From an uncultured Chloroflexia bacterium (GTDB taxonomy: Bacteria > Chloroflexota > Limnocylindria > Limnocylindrales > CSP1-4), in contig CAVRGP010000015.1 of NCBI GenBank assembly GCA_963720755.1, positions 448,001 through 512,000 on the forward strand: a stretch of DNA of 64,000 nt, given 5' to 3'. Each line of letters starts with the position of its first letter. Positions within the stretch are counted from its first letter, which is position 1. The position numbers were made by a program, and so were the translations under genes. Positions 8,928-19,602 of this stretch are shown here, one piece after another. The notes beneath the pieces were generated by a model. The model did not search any database, was not told where the DNA came from, and saw only the letters and a program-made list of their open reading frames with translations.

Positions 8928-10448
8928 ATGACCGTCGAGGTCGCCACCGACTTCCCGATGCTCATCGATGGCGAGCTGGTGCCATCCGCCGGCGGTCGAT
9001 GGCTGGACGTCCGCAGCCCCGCCACGAGAGGACTCGTCGGAAGAGTCCCGGATGGGACCGAAGTGGACGTCGAGCGCGCCGTGGCGGCGGCCCGCGCAGC
9101 GTTCCGGGACGGGCGATGGCACCGGATGGCGCTGGCGGACCGGGTGGCGGTCATGAACCGGCTTGGCGATCTGATCGACCGGGATGCCGACGACCTGGCG
9201 CGACTCGAAACGCTCCAGACCGGATCTGCCTACAAGCTCCGGCGAGATTCGGACTTCGCATTCGCCAGCGACAACCTGCGGTTCTTCGCGACACAGATCC
9301 GGAACCTCGAGGGCAAGGCGGCCTACGAATACACGGGCAGCCACACGAGTTTCGTGCGGCGCGAACCGATCGGCGTGGTCGGCCAGGTGAGTCCCTGGAA
9401 CTACCCGATGTGGATGGCGATCTGGAAGGTCGGGCCGGCGCTCGCCGCGGGCGACTCGATCGTCCTGAAACCGGCGTCCGCCACCCCATTGACGACGATC
9501 CGGCTGGCCCAGCTGGCGGTCGAGGCCGGCGTGCCCGCCGGCGTGTTCAACGTGGTGACGGGTCGGGGCGATGTGGTCGGGGCGGCGCTGGCCGCACATC
9601 TCGACATCGACCTCATCTCCCTCACCGGCGATACGGAGACGGGCAAGAAGATCCAGGCGCTGGCGGCGTCGAATCTCAAGCGGGTGCACCTGGAACTCGG
9701 GGGCAAGGCACCGTTCATCGTGTGTGCGGATGCCGATATCGAAGCGGCCGCGCGGGGCGCGACGGCCGGTGCCCTGATCAACGGCGGCCAGGACTGCACG
9801 GCGGCGACCCGTGCATACGTCCATCGCAGTGTGTACGACCGGTTCCTGGCGAGGACCGCGGAACTGTTCGGCGCCGTCCGCGTCGGCGACCCGTTCGACC
9901 CGACGACCGATCTCGGGACCCTCATCTCGGATGCCCAGGTCGCCCGGGTGGACGGGTTCGTGCAGCGCGCCGTCGCGGCGGGAGCCCGGATCGTGGTCGG
10001 CGGACATCGCCCCGAGGTCGCCGGTCTGCCGGATGGAGCGTTCTACCGTCCGACGATCGTCGCCGACTGTGCCCAGGACAGCGAGATCGTTCAGGACGAG
10101 ATCTTCGGTCCGGTGCTCACAGTGATGCCGTTCGACACCGTCCCCGAAGCGCTCGAGCTGGCGAATGACACGCGCTACGGCCTCGCGGCATCGATCTGGA
10201 CACGGGATGTGTTCGTGGCGATGGAGGCCGCCCGCGTCCTCGATTTCGGGCACGTCCAGGTCAACGACCACCTGATGGTGACGTCGGAGATGCCCCACGG
10301 GGGCTTCAAGCAATCAGGCAGCGGCAAGGACATGTCGAGCTACTCGTTCGAGGAGTACACCCGGGTCAAGCACGTCATGCTCGAGCTGACCGGCGAACCC
10401 GAAAAGGGCTGGCACTACACGATCTTCGGCGACAAGCCGGCGGAGTAA
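8928..10448 (+). CDS. Aldehyde dehydrogenase (aminobutyraldehyde/betaine aldehyde type)
   Basis: PWNYP, LELGGKAP, NGGQDC, EIFGP, PHGGFKQSG. Confidence 0.9.
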   Translation: MTVEVATDFPMLIDGELVPSAGGRWLDVRSPATRGLVGRVPDGTEVDVERAVAAARAAFRDGRWHRMALADRVAVMNRLGDLIDRDADDLARLETLQTGSAYKLRRDSDFAFASDNLRFFATQIRNLEGKAAYEYTGSHTSFVRREPIGVVGQVSPWNYPMWMAIWKVGPALAAGDSIVLKPASATPLTTIRLAQLAVEAGVPAGVFNVVTGRGDVVGAALAAHLDIDLISLTGDTETGKKIQALAASNLKRVHLELGGKAPFIVCADADIEAAARGATAGALINGGQDCTAATRAYVHRSVYDRFLARTAELFGAVRVGDPFDPTTDLGTLISDAQVARVDGFVQRAVAAGARIVVGGHRPEVAGLPDGAFYRPTIVADCAQDSEIVQDEIFGPVLTVMPFDTVPEALELANDTRYGLAASIWTRDVFVAMEAARVLDFGHVQVNDHLMVTSEMPHGGFKQSGSGKDMSSYSFEEYTRVKHVMLELTGEPEKGWHYTIFGDKPAE

Positions 10449-10521
10449 GGGAGACGACCGCGCTGACTTGTCGACACGAGCCTATGATCGTCGTGTCAGC
10501 GTCGAACCAACGAGGTGCAGG

Positions 10522-10941
10522 ATGGATCACACGGCTTCAGTGCGAAAGATGTACGACTCGATCAACGCCAGAGACTTCGACGCGTTCGGCGACCTGATGG
10601 CCAGCGATTTCGTCGAGCATGAGGTGACACCGGGTCTCGAGCCGACCAAGGCCGGGGTACGCGCCTTCTTCGAGATGCAGATCGCCGGCTTCCCCGACAT
10701 GCGAATGGAGGCGGAAGACGTCTTCGGGAGCGGCGACAAGGTCGTCGCCCGCGTGCGCTACACGGGGACCCACAAGGGCGAGATCATGGGCATGCCGGCG
10801 ACCGGGAAGCACGTCGACGTGCAGCTCATCGACATGTTCCTGTTTGATAGTGACGGCCGCGTGTGCGAGCACTGGGGCGTCATGGACATGATGGGCATGA
10901 TGCAGCAGCTCGGCGTGATCCCCGAGAATCCCCTGGGCTGA
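10522..10941 (+). CDS. SnoaL-like ester cyclase / NTF2 family
   Basis: FPD...GDKVVAR..YTGTHKGEIMGMPATGK...EHW...QQLG. Confidence 0.85.
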   Translation: MDHTASVRKMYDSINARDFDAFGDLMASDFVEHEVTPGLEPTKAGVRAFFEMQIAGFPDMRMEAEDVFGSGDKVVARVRYTGTHKGEIMGMPATGKHVDVQLIDMFLFDSDGRVCEHWGVMDMMGMMQQLGVIPENPLG

Positions 10942-11105
10942 TCCGTTCCGGCCGGCGCTGGGTCAGCCGGATCCGCGACCGTCACACGGGCCGAATGGCC
11001 CCTCGATGGGTGACCACTGCACCTCCGCGTCGTTCCGCTTCTGAGCGCACGCTGAGCTATCGATCGCATCGTGTATGCAGGATCAAGGTTCGTGAGGGCC
11101 GTCCG

Positions 11106-11507
11106 ATGACACACGTCCTTGTCGTGAACCACGACCTCGACCTGGTTGGCCAGGAGGTCGATTCACTTCGCCGCTTCGGGTACGAGGTGACGGAATGCGG
11201 CGGTCCCACGTGGGGCGGCTGCCCGGTCCTTGCCGGGCACACGTGCGACCTTGCCGATCACGCGGACGTCCTGATCTACGACGCCTGGGCAGGCGGCGAT
11301 GCGGACGGCTCCAAGCACCTGATCGAGTCGCTCCGGGAGCTCCACCCTGATACGCCGATCGTCCTCACCTCGCCAGGACTTGAGTTGAGCTGGGAGGAGC
11401 ACACCGGCCCGCATTCGGTGACCGCGCTCGTCGGCCAGCCGACCGGCCAGCGGCTGCACGAGGCGATCCAGGCCGCCCTCGGCGAAAAGGGCCTGTCCGC
11501 CGACTAA
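11106..11507 (+). CDS. Atypical receiver-fold protein with Cys-rich insert
   Basis: HVLVVNHD...GYEV, CGGP..CP...C insert, DVLIYD, HPDTPIVLTS. Confidence 0.55.
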   Translation: MTHVLVVNHDLDLVGQEVDSLRRFGYEVTECGGPTWGGCPVLAGHTCDLADHADVLIYDAWAGGDADGSKHLIESLRELHPDTPIVLTSPGLELSWEEHTGPHSVTALVGQPTGQRLHEAIQAALGEKGLSAD

Positions 11508-11621
11508 CGAGACATCTGGACCTCGCCTGCACGGGACGCTATATTCCGGAACCTGCGAGGCTCCGTCAGCGTCCGTGCCCCGAACCTCCGGTCCATATGC
11601 GCCCGCCCCAAGGAGCACCTG

Positions 11622-11786
11622 ATGTCCTTCGTCGCACTGTTCATGCTTGTCGCGGTCGGCGTCATCCTCGTCTTCCTCGGCATCCTGGCCGGAGGGAATA
11701 TCGCGATCATGGGCCTGGGCGTGGCCGCCATGCTCGGTGCCGGAGTTCTGGCGGTCATCTCCGACCGGGGCCGACGCGCCGAATAG
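11622..11786 (+). CDS. Small two-TM membrane protein (54 aa, absent from ORF track)
   Basis: AAGGAG RBS; MSFVALFMLVAVGVILVFLGILAGGNIAIMGLGVAAMLGAGVLAVISDRGRRAE. Confidence 0.65.
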   Translation: MSFVALFMLVAVGVILVFLGILAGGNIAIMGLGVAAMLGAGVLAVISDRGRRAE

Positions 11787-11844
11787 GGCACGGCCTACGC
11801 GGCGATGCATCCCCGGCGATGACCAGCCGTGGCATCATCCACGT

Positions 11845-12234
11845 ATGCCACCGATCGATGAACTGACGCGCATCGAGCCGGCCCATATCGGCCGGCTCGA
11901 CAACCAGGGGATCTTCACGACCGGCCTGCTTCTCGAGCGGTCCGAGACGCCGACCCGTCGGCAGACGCTTGCGGACCAGGTCGGCGCGGACACGACCGAC
12001 GTCCTGATGTGGCGTGACGAGGCGCTCATGCTCAACCTGGCGAGCTTCGGCCCCGGCGAGCACCGGATGATGATCCAGGCCGGGATCGAAGGGCTGCAGG
12101 AGATCCTGGCTCTGGAACTCGATGCGTTTCGCGAGCGCACCCGCAAGGCCGCGTCTGAACTCGACCTCGATCCGCCGTCGGATCTCACCATCGAGGGCTG
12201 GTGGGATCAGGCTAAGACCCTGGAAGAGGCATAG
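11845..12234 (+). CDS. DUF4332 domain protein
   Basis: GIFTTGLLL...R..LA..G...W....L...AGI pattern; ends GWWDQAKTL. Confidence 0.7.
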   Translation: MPPIDELTRIEPAHIGRLDNQGIFTTGLLLERSETPTRRQTLADQVGADTTDVLMWRDEALMLNLASFGPGEHRMMIQAGIEGLQEILALELDAFRERTRKAASELDLDPPSDLTIEGWWDQAKTLEEA

Positions 12235-12286
12235 GTTCGACGCTGCCCGTTCGGGCCTCTCGACCGAGACCGACTAGGATGGCCGC

Positions 12287-12979
12287 GTGAACGCGCTCGG
12301 CGGTCGTGCCGCTTCCATCGCGATCGCGGTCGCGACGGCGATCGTCATCGTGACCGTCTCGATCCTCCCGTTCCTCACGCCGCAGTGGGTCGCATTCGAA
12401 CAGGGGCGAGCGGACGCGACGGGATGGACCGGGTTCACGACCGAACAGCTGCGCACAGCGACCGACGCGATCCTGGCCGATCTCGTGTTCGGCGGCGAAT
12501 TCGACGTCGCGATCGACGGCACCCCGGTCCTGAACGAACGTGAACAGGCCCATATGGCAGACGTTCGCACGGTCTTCCGCGGCCTTTGGGTCCTTGCGTC
12601 GGTTTCGATCGTCATCCTGGTCGCTGCGAGTCGACGGTCCGATCGGTCTGGGACCTGGCGGGCCGTTCGCCACGGCGCCATCGGGTTGACTGTCGGGGTC
12701 GTGATCGTCGGGATCGTGTCGATCTTCGCGTTCGACCAGGTTTTCGAGATCTTCCACGAGATCTTCTTCCCGCCCGGGTCGTACCTGTTCGATCCGGCTA
12801 CCGACCGTCTCGTCCAGCTCTTCCCGTTCCAGTTCTGGGATGAGACGTCCATGGCGGTCGGCGCGGTCATCATCGCGATCTCGCTGATGGTGGCCGTGGT
12901 GGCGGGTCGACGCGCCGCTCGCACCGTCGTGCCGGCCCCGTCGAACAAGCTCGCGACCGGCGTCGAGCCAAGCCGTTGA
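12287..12979 (+). CDS. DUF1461/TIGR01906 membrane protein (Lit lipoprotein transacylase-like)
   Basis: EQAHMADVRTVF, FDQVFEIFHEIFF, YLFDPATDRLVQLFP..FW. Confidence 0.8.
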   Translation: MNALGGRAASIAIAVATAIVIVTVSILPFLTPQWVAFEQGRADATGWTGFTTEQLRTATDAILADLVFGGEFDVAIDGTPVLNEREQAHMADVRTVFRGLWVLASVSIVILVAASRRSDRSGTWRAVRHGAIGLTVGVVIVGIVSIFAFDQVFEIFHEIFFPPGSYLFDPATDRLVQLFPFQFWDETSMAVGAVIIAISLMVAVVAGRRAARTVVPAPSNKLATGVEPSR

Positions 12980-14310
12980 GTGGATCCGCACCGGACGAGC
13001 TCCTCTCCGTGGAGGCGGCCCGGGACGCGGTGCTCGCCGTGGCATCGCCCGTCGGCACCGAGCGCATCGCATCTGAGGCGGCGCTCGGGCGCGTGACCGC
13101 CGCGCCGGTCTCGGCGGTCGTCTCACTGCCGCCGTGGCCGAATTCGGCGATGGACGGCTACGCGATCCGGGCTACCGATACGGCGGACGCCACCGAAGCG
13201 TCGCCGGTCAAGTTCGTGGTCGTCGGTGATATCGCCGCAGGGGCCGCGCCGGACGGCGAAGTCCGGCCGGGAAACGCGATCCGGATCGCGACCGGGGCTC
13301 GCCTTCCCGATGGCGCGGATGCCGTCGTGCCGGTAGAAGAGACGACCCCGCTGACCCGCGGCGGGGGCGCAGGTCCACGGGGGCGCGATGCGACGGGCCC
13401 ACTTCCCGCCGCGTGTCTCGTCCATGTCGTCGTGGCGACCGGGGCGTCCGTCCGGGTCGCGGGGAGCGACCTGGAAGAAGGCGACGAACTGCTCGGGTCT
13501 GGGATCGCCCTGACCGCAGCCGCCGTGACGCTTCTGAGCGGGGCCGGCGTGGATGATCTGGTCGTACACCGTCGCCCGCGGGTGGCGGTGCTGGCGACGG
13601 GCGATGAGGTCCGGGGTCCAGGCGAAGCCCTCGGCCCTGCGGGGATCCCCGATGCGAACGGCCCCGGTATCCGGGCGCTCGTCACCGCTGCGGGAGGCGA
13701 ACCCATCGACCTCGGGATCGCCCGCGACCGCCTCGGTGACGTCGTCGAGCGTCTTCGGCGTGGCCTCGATGGTGGCGCGGACGCACTCATCGTGTCTGGA
13801 GGGGTCTCGGTCGGTCCGTACGACGTCGTGAAGACGGCCATCGAGTCGATCGGCCGGATCGACCTCTGGCGAGTCGCCGTCCAGCCCGGCAAGCCGTTCG
13901 CGTTCGGGATCGCCGACCGACCCGGTGGCGGCGCTCCCGTCCTGATCTTCGGCCTGCCGGGCAACCCGGTGTCGTCGGCAGTGACGTTCGAATTGTTCGT
14001 GCGCCCCGCGATCCGAAGGCTGGCCGGGCGGCGGTCATGGTCGCGGCCGGTCGATCGGGCCGTCCTCGGGGAGGATGTGGCCAAGAGTCATGGCCGTCGC
14101 GCGTTCCTGCGGGTGGAGGCTGAGCGGGATGGGACCGGCGCACCGGTCCGTGACGACCGTGGCCGGGTGCTGGTGCACCTTGCCGGCGGTCAGGGGAGTC
14201 ATGTCATCTCGGCGCTGGCCGCAGCGGATGCCCTGGCCGTGATCCCGGAGGCCGACGACCGGCTGCCAGCGGGCTCGGAAGTCGCGCTGTGGTGGCTGGA
14301 CGGGGCATGA
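12976..14310 (+). CDS. moeA: Molybdopterin molybdotransferase
   Basis: [52 protein letters not shown]. Confidence 0.95.
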   Translation: MSGSAPDELLSVEAARDAVLAVASPVGTERIASEAALGRVTAAPVSAVVSLPPWPNSAMDGYAIRATDTADATEASPVKFVVVGDIAAGAAPDGEVRPGNAIRIATGARLPDGADAVVPVEETTPLTRGGGAGPRGRDATGPLPAACLVHVVVATGASVRVAGSDLEEGDELLGSGIALTAAAVTLLSGAGVDDLVVHRRPRVAVLATGDEVRGPGEALGPAGIPDANGPGIRALVTAAGGEPIDLGIARDRLGDVVERLRRGLDGGADALIVSGGVSVGPYDVVKTAIESIGRIDLWRVAVQPGKPFAFGIADRPGGGAPVLIFGLPGNPVSSAVTFELFVRPAIRRLAGRRSWSRPVDRAVLGEDVAKSHGRRAFLRVEAERDGTGAPVRDDRGRVLVHLAGGQGSHVISALAAADALAVIPEADDRLPAGSEVALWWLDGA

Positions 14311-14347
14311 TGTCGACGACCGCCTGACCTGGACCCCGGAGGACCCG

Positions 14348-14938
14348 ATGGAATCGCGACCGCAACCACGCGCCGAACGACGGCGACTGTCCCACGTGGA
14401 TCGCGCCGGCCGTCCGCGCATGGTCGACGTCTCCGGCAAGCCGCCGACCGCCCGTCGTGCGATCGCGGAAGCCAGCGTCGCGGTTTCTGCCGAGACGATG
14501 AGTCTCGTCATCGATGGTGGCGGGGCAAAGGGAGACGTCCTCGCGGTGGCCGAATTGGCGGGGGTGATGGGCGCGAAGCGCACGAGCGACCTCATCCCGC
14601 TGTGTCACCCACTCGCACTGACCGATCTGGTCGTCGCGATCACCCCGGATCGACCTGGAGGCGTCCTGCGTATCCGGGCTGAAGCTGCCACGACCGGACC
14701 CACCGGCGTCGAGATGGAGGCCATGACAGCCGCTTCGATCGCTGCACTGACGATCTACGACATGGTCAAAGGTGTCGAGCGCGGCGTCGAGATCCGCGGT
14801 CTCCGGCTGGTCTCGAAGACCGGTGGCAAGAGCGGGACCTGGGTCCGCCAGTCGACCCCGGATGAGCCGTCGAAACGACCCCGCCCCGGTGCCCGGGCTG
14901 CCGGTCGCGTCGGCTCCAAGCGCAAGGGTCCCGGGTGA
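14348..14938 (+). CDS. moaC: Cyclic pyranopterin monophosphate synthase
   Basis: [39 protein letters not shown]. Confidence 0.95.
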   Translation: MESRPQPRAERRRLSHVDRAGRPRMVDVSGKPPTARRAIAEASVAVSAETMSLVIDGGGAKGDVLAVAELAGVMGAKRTSDLIPLCHPLALTDLVVAITPDRPGGVLRIRAEAATTGPTGVEMEAMTAASIAALTIYDMVKGVERGVEIRGLRLVSKTGGKSGTWVRQSTPDEPSKRPRPGARAAGRVGSKRKGPG

Positions 14939-15438
14939 GCGGTCGATCGGCACTGGTCATCACGGCCAGCGACGGCGTCGCCGCGGGAGTTCGGGTCGAC
15001 GAATCCGGCCAGCGGGTGGCCGATCGACTGACGACCCTCGGCTTCTCCGTCGAGCGGGCCGTGGTCAGTGATGACGCGCCGTCGATCGAGGCTGCCCTGA
15101 TCTCTGGTTCGGAGGCACACGCACTCGTGATCACGACCGGTGGCACCGGCCTGACACCACGGGATGTGACGCCACAAGCGACGCAGGCGATCATCGACTA
15201 CGAGATCCCCGGGTTCGCCGAGGCGATGCGGGCCTACGGTCGAGCCAGGACACCACTCGCGGACCTGTCCAGGGGTGTCGTCGGCGTTCGCGCGGGGAGT
15301 CTCATCATCAACCTGCCGGGCAGTCCGAACGGTGCCATCGAGTCGCTCGAGGCGATCGTCCCGGTCCTCGATCATGCGCTGGAGACCCTGGCTGGGCCGT
15401 ACGATCACGCCAGGGGTACAGAGACACAGGGAGGCTGA
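14935..15438 (+). CDS. MogA/MoaB molybdopterin adenylyltransferase family
   Basis: [28 protein letters not shown]. Confidence 0.9.
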   Translation: MSGRSALVITASDGVAAGVRVDESGQRVADRLTTLGFSVERAVVSDDAPSIEAALISGSEAHALVITTGGTGLTPRDVTPQATQAIIDYEIPGFAEAMRAYGRARTPLADLSRGVVGVRAGSLIINLPGSPNGAIESLEAIVPVLDHALETLAGPYDHARGTETQGG

Positions 15439-15443
15439 CCCGT

Positions 15444-17567
15444 ATGTTCGACGCGTTCGCCGAGGTCCCGGCCTACCCGCTCGTCTTCCCGATCTTCTGG
15501 GGCGCGTTCGGCGTCCTGATGCTGGTCCTGGCGCGGCGACTGCGGGTCTTCACGTCCGTCCGATCCGGCGTCTCGACCTCGGACGCGCAGATCGGACGCC
15601 GGGCCTGGGGGCTGTTCCGGTACACGATCCTTCAGACGAAGATGTTCCGTTGGACCAGGGCTGGATCGATCCACTACATCGTCTTCCTCGGATCGACGCT
15701 TCTGCTGATCGGGAACATCAATGTCGTCACCGGCGGGTTGGTCCAGGCGATCGCTTCGTGGCCCCTCGATGGGGTCGTGTGGGTCTTCCTCGTCGGCATC
15801 CAGAACATCATCGCGGTCGGCGTCCTGCTGGTCCTCATCTACCTGTTCAAGCGCCGCCTCGTCGACCGGCCCACCCGACTCTCGCTCAACCGGGCGGGTG
15901 TGCTGGTGCTGGTGATGATCGGCCTCGTCGTCGCGACCGAGTTCGTCGCCCAGGTGTTCGAGGTCGCGACGTACGGCCCGGTGGATGGCGCATTCATCGC
16001 GAACGCACTCGCCGTTCCGCTCGATCCGATCGACGTGTCGATCACCCAGGCTGCCTTCGGCGCGCTGTGGTGGAGCCACATCGTGGTGATGGCGGCGTTC
16101 CTCCTCTATATCCCGACGAACAAGCACTTCCACGTCTACACGGTCTTCGTCAACGTCTGGTTCCGAAAGCTCGCTCCGCGCGGCGAGTTGCCGAAGATGG
16201 ACCTCGAGGACGAGACCGCGACGTTCGGCTTGAAGACACTCCAGGACCTCGGCTGGAAGGACCTGCTCGACGGTTTCACCTGCACCGAGTGCGGTCGGTG
16301 CCAGGAAGCCTGCCCTGCCTTCAACACGGGCAAGCCGCTGAATCCGAAGACGATGATCATGGGCATCCGGTCGATGTCCGAGTCGGCCGAGCGAACGACC
16401 GACCTGATCCCGAATTCGCCCATCGTCCGCGACACCTACGGCCTCGACGACACGACCGTGTCGGCCGCGAAGCTGGGCCAGCCGATCGTCGATACGGCGA
16501 TCCCGTACGACGCGGTCTGGGACTGCGTGACCTGCGGGGCCTGTGTCGAGGCCTGCCCGGTCCTCATCGAGCACGTCGACAAGATCGTCGGTCTCCGCCG
16601 GAACCTCGTCCTCGAGGAGTCGCGGTTCCCGACGGAGCTCACGAGCGCCTTCCGGGCGATGGAGAACCAGGGAAACCCGTGGGGCCAGCCATCGTCGTCG
16701 AGGCTCGACTGGACGAAGCCGCTGGAATTCGAGGTCCCGACCGTCGCTGCGATGGCCGCCGACGGGCGCCTCGACGAACTCGAGGTCCTCTACTGGGTCG
16801 GTTGCGCAGCGGCGTTCGACACCCGGAACCAGAAGGTCGCGCGGGCCGTGGCGACCTGCCTCCACGCAGCCGGCGTTCGGTTCGCGATCCTCGGCCAGGA
16901 AGAATCGTGCACCGGCGACCCGGCTCGCCGGATGGGCAACGACTACGTGTACCAGATGCTCGCGATGGGGAATGTCGAGACCCTCGACAAGTACGCCATG
17001 GGCAAGCGGACGATCGTCACCGCCTGTCCGCACTGCTTCAACACGATCGGCAACGAGTACGGTCAGGCCGGTGGGCACTACACGATCGTCCACCACTCGA
17101 CGTTCCTGGCCGGCCTGGTCGCCTCGGGACGCCTGGCCACACTGCCGGAAGACGCGACATCCGCGACCGGCGACCATCGTCCCGGCAGCGTGACCGTCCA
17201 CGACTCCTGCTACCTCGCGCGCTACAACAACGTCATCGCGGCACCCCGTGACGTCCTGGGCGCTGCCGGGGTCACGATCACCGAGATGGAGAAGTCGGGG
17301 AAGAACACGTTCTGCTGCGGGGCCGGAGGAGGCCGGATGTGGATGGAGGAGACGCGGGGCACCCGGATCAACGAGTCGAGGACGAGCCAGGTGATCGCGA
17401 CCGGCGCCGAGACGGTCGCCACCTCGTGTCCGTTCTGCATGGTCATGATGACCGATGGTCTGGCCGCTGCCGACGGCGGAAGCGCCGTCAGCGCGATGGA
17501 TATCAGCGAAGTCCTGGCAGCACGGATCGCGTCCGTCCCCACTGAACGTCAGCTAACCGTGCTCTGA
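15444..17567 (+). CDS. Membrane Fe-S oxidoreductase (FadF/HdrD-like)
   Basis: N-terminal TM helices, CTECGRCQEACP and CVTCGACVEACP, CCG domains. Confidence 0.9.
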   Translation: MFDAFAEVPAYPLVFPIFWGAFGVLMLVLARRLRVFTSVRSGVSTSDAQIGRRAWGLFRYTILQTKMFRWTRAGSIHYIVFLGSTLLLIGNINVVTGGLVQAIASWPLDGVVWVFLVGIQNIIAVGVLLVLIYLFKRRLVDRPTRLSLNRAGVLVLVMIGLVVATEFVAQVFEVATYGPVDGAFIANALAVPLDPIDVSITQAAFGALWWSHIVVMAAFLLYIPTNKHFHVYTVFVNVWFRKLAPRGELPKMDLEDETATFGLKTLQDLGWKDLLDGFTCTECGRCQEACPAFNTGKPLNPKTMIMGIRSMSESAERTTDLIPNSPIVRDTYGLDDTTVSAAKLGQPIVDTAIPYDAVWDCVTCGACVEACPVLIEHVDKIVGLRRNLVLEESRFPTELTSAFRAMENQGNPWGQPSSSRLDWTKPLEFEVPTVAAMAADGRLDELEVLYWVGCAAAFDTRNQKVARAVATCLHAAGVRFAILGQEESCTGDPARRMGNDYVYQMLAMGNVETLDKYAMGKRTIVTACPHCFNTIGNEYGQAGGHYTIVHHSTFLAGLVASGRLATLPEDATSATGDHRPGSVTVHDSCYLARYNNVIAAPRDVLGAAGVTITEMEKSGKNTFCCGAGGGRMWMEETRGTRINESRTSQVIATGAETVATSCPFCMVMMTDGLAAADGGSAVSAMDISEVLAARIASVPTERQLTVL

Positions 17568-17610
17568 GCACTCACCCAGGCGCCCACGTTGCGCTGGTAG
17601 GATGCCGGTG

Positions 17611-18783
17611 GTGACTGATCGCACGCCGCCCACCTACCGATTGTCCGAGGAGCAGACGCTCCTTCGGGATGCCGTCCGCACCCTGGCCGACGAGCGAGTC
17701 GCGCCGAGGGCCGCCGCGATCGACAAGGACGGCGCGTTTCCCCAGGACCTTCGCGAGTTGCTCGCGGCGCAGGACATCCTCGCCCTGCCGTTCCCTGAAG
17801 AGCACGGCGGGATCGGGGCGGATCTGCTGACCGTCTGCCTCGCGATCGAGCAACTCAGCCGGGCGTGCGCGACGACCGGTCTCATCCTGGCCGTGCAAGC
17901 CCTCGGTGCGCTACCCCTGCTGATGGCGGGGACGGCGGAGCAACAGGCCCGCTGGATCCCGCGGCTTGCCTCCGGGGAGCATCTCATCTCCTTTGCGCTC
18001 ACCGAGTCGGAGGCCGGATCTGACGCCAGCGGGATCAAGACGCGCGCGGTCCGCGATGGTGACGACTATGTGATCACCGGGTCCAAGCGGTTCATCACCC
18101 ACGGTTCGGTCGCGAACCTCATCACCGTCTTCGCGGTCACCGACCCGGATCCGTCGGCCGGTCACAAGCGTCTGTCGTGCTTTATCGTCGAGGTCCCGGC
18201 GGACGGTTTCGAGGTCACGCGTCTCGAGCACAAGATGGGTATCCGAGGCAGCCCCACCGCGGAGCTTGCCTTCGATGGCGTTCGGATCCCCGCGTCCAGT
18301 CTGATCGGCGAGGAGGGGGACGGATTCCGTCTGGCGATGGGCACGTTCGACCGGAGCCGGCCCGGGATCGCCGCCCAGGCCGTTGGGATCGCCCAGGGGG
18401 CGCTCGAGGTCGCCACGGCCTACGCGAAGGACCGTCGGCAGTTCGGGCAGCGTGTCGGCGACTTCCAGATGGTCGGCGCGATGCTCGCCGACATGGATGC
18501 CGCGACCGAGGCGGCACGTCAGCTGTTGTACAAGGCGTGCACGGAGATCGAGGCCGACCCGGCTACGGCGAGTCGCTGGGCCGCGATGTGTAAACTCGTG
18601 GCCGGGGACGCGGCGATGCGAGTCACCACCGATGCCGTCCAGGTACTCGGAGGGTACGGCTACATCGAAGAGTTCCCGGTGGAGCGGATGATGCGCGACG
18701 CGAAGATCACCCAGCTCTACGAAGGAACGCAGCAGATCCAACGTCTCGTCGTCGCACGGGCCTTGCTCGGACGGGACGGCTGA
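17611..18783 (+). CDS. Acyl-CoA dehydrogenase
   Basis: ALTESEAGSD, GSKRFIT, KMGIRGSPT, VLGGYGY, RDAKITQLYEGT. Confidence 0.95.
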   Translation: MTDRTPPTYRLSEEQTLLRDAVRTLADERVAPRAAAIDKDGAFPQDLRELLAAQDILALPFPEEHGGIGADLLTVCLAIEQLSRACATTGLILAVQALGALPLLMAGTAEQQARWIPRLASGEHLISFALTESEAGSDASGIKTRAVRDGDDYVITGSKRFITHGSVANLITVFAVTDPDPSAGHKRLSCFIVEVPADGFEVTRLEHKMGIRGSPTAELAFDGVRIPASSLIGEEGDGFRLAMGTFDRSRPGIAAQAVGIAQGALEVATAYAKDRRQFGQRVGDFQMVGAMLADMDAATEAARQLLYKACTEIEADPATASRWAAMCKLVAGDAAMRVTTDAVQVLGGYGYIEEFPVERMMRDAKITQLYEGTQQIQRLVVARALLGRDG

Positions 18784-18810
18784 CTCGTCGGCAGGGAGGA
18801 CCACCGCCCG

Positions 18811-19602
18811 GTGCGCATCGTCGTGCTCGTCAAACCCGTCCCGGACCCAGCCTCCGCCGGCGAGCGCCTGGATCCCGATCAGCGACTCGACCGAGCCTCC
18901 GTCCCGGCTGTCATCAACGGCAATGACGAATACGTCCTCGAGGCCGCGCTCAAGCTGATCGAGGCTGCCGGCGAGGGCGAGATCACGTTGCTGTCGATGG
19001 CGCCGGTGAATGGGCCTGAAACCCTGCGCAAGGGCCTTGCCATGGGTGCCCATCGCGGCGTCCACGTGACGGACCCCGCCCTGGCCGGCTCGTGCCTGGT
19101 GTCCACCGCGACCGTCCTGGCTGCCGCCCTGCGCGAACTCGAGTTCGACATGGTCTTTGCCGGGATCGACGCATCCGATGGGGTCGGCGGGATCGTTCCG
19201 GCCGCGGTCGCGGCCCACCTTGGGCTGCCGCTCCTGTCGTATGCCTCCCGGATCGAGCCGGACCCGGCCGCGGGTTCCGTCCGGGTCCGACGGATCAGCC
19301 CGACAGGCTACGACCTGCTCGAAGCTCCGATGCCGGTCGTCATCTCCGGGACGCAGGCGCTCGGGGAGCCTCGCTATCCGTCACTCAAGGGGATCATGGC
19401 CGCCCGCAACAAGGAGATCACCACCCGATCGCTCGCCGACCTGGGTCTGGATGCCGCGACGGTCGGATCGGCCGTGGCGACCACGGCGGTCCGTGCGAGT
19501 CAGCTGCCTCCGTCCCGCGCCGCCACGGAGATCGTTCGGGGCACGCCGGTGGAGGGTGCGACCCGGATCGTCGACTTCCTGGTCGAGCGGAGGATCATCT
19601 GA
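18811..19602 (+). CDS. etfB: Electron transfer flavoprotein beta subunit
   Basis: MRIVVLVKPVPD, LAMGA, EPRYPSLKGIMAA. Confidence 0.9.
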   Translation: MRIVVLVKPVPDPASAGERLDPDQRLDRASVPAVINGNDEYVLEAALKLIEAAGEGEITLLSMAPVNGPETLRKGLAMGAHRGVHVTDPALAGSCLVSTATVLAAALRELEFDMVFAGIDASDGVGGIVPAAVAAHLGLPLLSYASRIEPDPAAGSVRVRRISPTGYDLLEAPMPVVISGTQALGEPRYPSLKGIMAARNKEITTRSLADLGLDAATVGSAVATTAVRASQLPPSRAATEIVRGTPVEGATRIVDFLVERRII

